Origin: Gemmatimonadota bacterium
GTDB taxonomy: Bacteria; Gemmatimonadota; Gemmatimonadetes; Gemmatimonadales; GWC2-71-9
Assembly: GCA_039586895.1 (NCBI GenBank)
Contig: JBDHJM010000006.1
Coordinates: 13,079-77,078, forward strand
Reading direction: 5' to 3'
DNA: 64,000 nt
Under the pieces are notes generated by a model. That model was not told the origin of the DNA, did not search any database, and saw nothing but the letters and a program-made list of their open reading frames with translations. Made by a program: the position numbers and the translations under genes. Shown in pieces: positions 62,606 through 64,000 of this stretch (the first letter of the stretch is position 1; every line of letters begins with the position of its first letter).

Positions 62606-64000
62606 CGCTGACGTGGACCGACTGGGCGCTGCTCGCAGTGGCGGCGCTGCTTGCGGGCGGTCTCACCCTGTGGACAATACGGCGCACCCGACGCGCGATC
62701 CGCACTTGGCTGGAGCGGGCGGCGCGGCGCGCGGTGCACCGGTTCCAGGTGCGGCTGGACCGCTACAAGCTGCAGAGCAAGCGCGTGATCCGCGAGGAGC
62801 TGCTGCGCGATCCTGCCGTGCTGGCGGCCATGGAACGGCAGTGTGCCGCCGACGGTGTGAACGAGCTCGACTGCCGCGTGCGTGTGGAGCGCTACGTGGA
62901 CGAGATCGTCCCGTACTTCAACGTCCTCTCCTACTACAAGTTCGGCTACAACATCGCCCGCGTGCTGGTGAACCTGCTGTACCGGGTGAGCTCCGAGTAC
63001 CAGGACCGCGATGCGCTCAACGCCATCCCGCGCAAGGACATCGTAGTCTACCTCATGAACCACCGCTCCAACGCCGACTACGTGGTGGTGGCATACGTGC
63101 TCGCCAGCGCCGTGAGCATCAGCTACGCGGTTGGGGAGTGGGCCCGGGTGTGGCCGCTGGAGTACGTGTTCAAGTCGTTCGGCGCGTACTTCATCAGAAG
63201 GGGCTTCCGCGACGAGCTGTACCACACCGTGCTGGAGCGCTACGTGCAGTTGATCACGCGCAACGGCGTCACGCAGGGGATCTTCCTGGAGGGAGGGCTC
63301 ACCCGGGACGGCGCGTTCCGCCCCGCCAAGATCGGCCTGCTGGACTACGTCGCACGCACCCTCTCCGAGCTGCCTCCCGAGCGGGACGTGTGGCTCGTGC
63401 CGGTGGCACTCAACTACGACCGCGTGCTGGAGGACCGTACGCTCATCGCGGAGCTGGTGGAGGGCGGAAAGCGTCCTGGCAGGCTGCGCCAGTTCGCGGG
63501 GCTGATGCACTACGTCCTGATCAACCTGGGGCGGCTCGTAACGGGCAACCTCAAACGCTACGGACGGGTAGCCGTCAACTTCGGGACGCCCGTCTCGTTG
63601 CGCGGGTGGCTGGCCGGGCGGCCCGGCGTGCTCGCCCTGGAGAAGCAGGAGCGCCTGCCCAAACTGCAGGAGCTGGCCGACGAGGTCATGGAGCGCGTCT
63701 CCGACATCATCCCGGTGACCCCGGTGCCGCTCACGGCGGCGGCGCTGCTCTCTTTCCGGCAGGACGCAGTGACGGAAACCGAGCTGCTGGAGCGGCTCGA
63801 CCGCTACCGCGACGTCCTGATCCAGCGGGGCGCCAAACTGGTCCAGCCCGAGCGCGAGCCCGAGGCGATTCTGGACAGGGCCTGGCGCACGCTTTCGATG
63901 CGGCGGCTGGTGGTGCGGGCGGGGAAGGACTACGTGATCCTGCCGCGGCAGCGGCCCCTGCTGGAGTACTACGCCAACTCGGTGAAGCACCTGCTGCCGG
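62602..64000 (+). CDS. Glycerol-3-phosphate/lysophospholipid acyltransferase (PlsB/PlsC-like), partial at window end
   Basis: Frame 1: NHRSNADY (HX4D), FGAYFIRR, FLEGGLTRDG, VPVALNYD; not in ORF track because open at the edge; CTG start proposed. Confidence 0.85.
   Translation, partial: MTLTWTDWALLAVAALLAGGLTLWTIRRTRRAIRTWLERAARRAVHRFQVRLDRYKLQSKRVIREELLRDPAVLAAMERQCAADGVNELDCRVRVERYVDEIVPYFNVLSYYKFGYNIARVLVNLLYRVSSEYQDRDALNAIPRKDIVVYLMNHRSNADYVVVAYVLASAVSISYAVGEWARVWPLEYVFKSFGAYFIRRGFRDELYHTVLERYVQLITRNGVTQGIFLEGGLTRDGAFRPAKIGLLDYVARTLSELPPERDVWLVPVALNYDRVLEDRTLIAELVEGGKRPGRLRQFAGLMHYVLINLGRLVTGNLKRYGRVAVNFGTPVSLRGWLAGRPGVLALEKQERLPKLQELADEVMERVSDIIPVTPVPLTAAALLSFRQDAVTETELLERLDRYRDVLIQRGAKLVQPEREPEAILDRAWRTLSMRRLVVRAGKDYVILPRQRPLLEYYANSVKHLLP

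Overview
GC-rich bacterial chromosomal window, probably Gemmatimonadota (inferred from gene content and style only). About 60 CDS, one tRNA-Cys, and no recognisable CRISPR array, integrase or transposase. 0.5-17 kb is a low-oxygen/N2O respiration region: USP, CBS protein, ba3-type (B-family) heme-copper oxidase with its 46-aa subunit IIa, tandem ZIP transporters, GAF kinase plus OmpR-type pair, two c-type cytochromes, an Rrf2 regulator and a clade II nosZ-B-D-F-Y cluster without nosL. 23-27 kb is an outer-membrane barrel / membrane-anchored DtxR-FeoA-FeoA / feoB operon with two visible candidate operators. The rest is mostly housekeeping and secreted hydrolase genes (tnaA, glnA, mqnD, lemA-htpX, M1/M14/S41 peptidases). 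Best novelty candidates: (1) a module at 57.4-60.9 kb with a TPR protein, a convergent unannotated 56-aa lipopeptide gene ending GSSGSGW and a divergent AraC regulator with 21-bp-spaced direct repeats, resembling a peptide signalling circuit; (2) a ~200-nt highly structured minus-strand RNA at 184-390 with its own terminator; (3) a Cys/His-rich leader ending ATAPP in front of a deleted beta-barrel gene; (4) two probable CTG start codons in CTGA stop-start overlaps. All calls come from reading motifs by eye; no searches were run.
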